Shown piece by piece: positions 61,761-64,000 of a stretch of 64,000 bases of DNA. Origin of the DNA: Hemiscyllium ocellatum (Eukaryota). The notes beneath the pieces were generated by a model, which saw nothing but the letters and a program-made list of their open reading frames with translations, was not told the DNA's origin and made no database searches. The first letter of the stretch is position 1. Each line of letters starts with the position of its first letter. The stretch is from contig NC_083430.1 of assembly GCF_020745735.1 (NCBI RefSeq), positions 40,414,909 to 40,478,908 on the forward strand, written 5' to 3'. Made by a program: the position numbers and the translations under genes.

Positions 61761-63379
61761 AGTAATTAAGATGCATTAGTTCCCAATTCAAATGCCATCT
61801 TCCAAAGATGTCAACTAAGCTTGTGTCTAACTGATTATTTTTTCAATTTTCAGAATCTTTAATAAGGTGCCATGCGATGTATCCTTGTCACAAATGCACT
61901 TTCCAGAACACATTCTGTGACCCAGATATGCTCTCCTGTTTTTGCTTATATAAGAATATTGAAAAATCAGTAGTGAAGAAATTGGGAGCTATCCTATGGA
62001 CATTTTATCCTGGTTGTCCAAAGCCTCCTCTTCTGCACACTACATTTTGCACATGGGGAATTGGGATAAAACTGCAAAAGATCATCCAAAGTAATTGGTG
62101 TAAATATATTCACAATTGAGCATGTTTTAGTATACCTTCATAAAGGGCATGCATTTGCAGAATAAATGGAACAGTATCACCTGAGTCATTGTGGATGCCT
62201 GCAAGTGTTAGGTTCTTTTCCCGAGGTTTTGCACACGAGATGCAATTTGCACACACCAACTTCTTCAAACAGTTAAAGTTTATTTAAGCTTGTACAAGCT
62301 AGGTGACCCGCTTTGACGACCAGACCATGTAAGGAGACCAAATTTCCTTCCCTAAAGGAGATTAGGTCAACCAGATGGGTTTTAATATGATGATTACATA
62401 GTTGCCATTAAGCTAACTTTTATTTGCAGATTTTTTAAAATTCAAGTTTCATTATCTACCATGGTGAAATTCGAACCAGATCCCCAGTACATTAGAACCA
62501 GGTTCATGTTTACAAGTTAAGTGACATTACTACTGTCTTCCCATGTTATTGAATTAGGAATAGGAATCTTGATTTTGCAGTCTTTCTGTTCTTTGAGCTT
62601 CTACTCCCTTCCCTTAAAAATGACACATTGGTGTCACTTGTACCGTTCAAATAAGATAACTCAGCAGAGGGGAAGAATCGAGCTTTAAACCTTCCTCATT
62701 ACCCTACTGGGTGATATATTCATTCAATAAATAAGAAAGAATGAGGAAAAAGCCTTGGATATTTTTTATAATACCTTGCATGTCATTTCATGATGTACTT
62801 CATAGACAATTAATTGCTTTTGAAGTATAATGATTATTATTGCAAATCATCTAAGCAGTATTTAGATGTGTATTTGTGTTGCTATAGATTCCAAGGTGAT
62901 GGACCAAAAGCTGAAAAATAGGATTAGTGTTGTCTGCCCTTTTATTGACTAGTGGGGATGTGATTGGCAAACAAGCCACCACCTGCCCTATAACCACAAG
63001 TCTGTGTGAACAAACGCAGAAGCCAATGTGCATGTAGTAAAGCTAAACAACAGCAGTGAGAGAAATAACTAGTTAAACTGTTCTGCTGATGTTTGTTGAA
63101 AGATAAATGTCAGCTTTCATCCCTGCAGGGCATTATTCTTCAAATATTACTGAGTTTTTAAATGTCCTGTTATAAGAATCATCGGCATTATTGCAGATCA
63201 TCATTTTCATTGACGCCACCAGAACCAATGACACACACTGAGGCTGCTTTTTTTCCCTCTTTTTGTCTTCAATTCTTTGTTAAAACTAGATATTTCATTG
63301 TGCAATGCAGCACTGAGCTAACAGATAGCAGCACTGACTCAGCTGATTTTAGGCAGTCAATAGCTAAGCCATTGCAGAA

Positions 63380-63600
63380 GCAGGTTTGATCTTGAAACTC
63401 TTGCTGACTTAGCTAGTAATAATCAGGGTTACAGTATGGGTAGTGTGACTGATGCCCTGGGTTAGTGAGCAGAAAATAGATCAGGATTTATGATTCCCAT
63501 GAGATGGCCATTTTTAGGTTTCAGGATAGGCTAGTTTAGCCTCTTACACTACCAGATAGAATCCACATGAGTAGTAGTTATTTGGCCGAATGTTTATGTA
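63380..63600 (+). mobile_element. Possible ancient LF-SINE-like relic
   Basis: gatgccctgggttagtgagcagaaaatagatcagg resembles the LF-SINE core as recalled; weak match. Confidence 0.3.
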
Positions 63601-63753
63601 GGTTGCATGGCCTTTATAAGGCAATATCTCTTTTTCAGTAAGAGTAAGAAAAAGGCATAAACTAACACTGAATAAAGGTTAGCATTTGGCTTTGAAAAAT
63701 TACAATGATGCATAATCTACTTCTTTTGTTCAGTTAATCAGCTGACTCTAATC

Positions 63754-64000
63754 TTTTTTTTTGTAGATATTTTTATTGAAATTTAACATTTTTGCAAATT
63801 TACAAAAATAAACAAAACTCTCAAATACAAACATTGATGTACAATTAAATCATATATACAATAGTCATAATTTAACAAAGAAAACAAAAAAAAGAAACGA
63901 AAAAAGAAAGAAAAAAAAACTCAACTTTCTACTAATCTAACCTATAACTAACCAGAGTGTATACCTAAGTCTCTTACATGCTCGGAATGTATAAACATCA
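63754..64000 (-). mobile_element. 3' end of a second, diverged member of the same L1/HAL1-like family (runs off the window)
   Basis: T-run then tagatatttttattg...aatttaacatttt...caaatttacaaaaataa...ccagagtgtata, collinear with 58584-58760. Confidence 0.85.

Noticed and set aside
50457-64000. Further 14-3-3 exons (expected xLL(D/E)K(Y/F)LI...)
   Set aside because: Candidate acceptors near 58449 and 61853 do not yield 14-3-3 sequence. The next exon is probably beyond the window.

Overview
Eukaryotic, repeat-rich vertebrate DNA, most likely a cartilaginous fish (shark); this is inferred from HE1-like V-SINE, CR1/HER1-like LINE, DeuSINE-like and Penelope-like repeats. No prokaryotic systems are present. 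Gene content: (1) a CpG island at ~3.95-4.8 kb with a probable non-coding first exon of an unidentified minus-strand transcript; (2) a complete ZNF706-like gene on + (non-coding exon 1 ~14.2-14.3 kb, coding exons 22895-23026 and 24015-24110 giving 75 aa, probable 3'UTR exon from 30101); (3) the promoter and first coding exon (50154-50456) of a 14-3-3 gene mixing zeta-like and sigma/theta-like residues, with no further exons recognisable in the window. Most remaining sequence is nested retroelement debris. Best observations: an intact ORF1-only 'half-L1' element (58584-60240) with TSD, poly(A) and no ORF2, plus the 3' end of a second family member at the window edge; many Penelope-derived fold-back insertions carrying minimal hammerhead-ribozyme motifs and 10-16 bp TSDs, including a 1.56-kb palindrome; a decayed tRNA-Gly(CCC) copy; G-rich arrays abutting the 14-3-3 promoter; and several locally templated duplications. 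All family assignments come from reading motifs by eye, not from database searches, and repeat boundaries are approximate.
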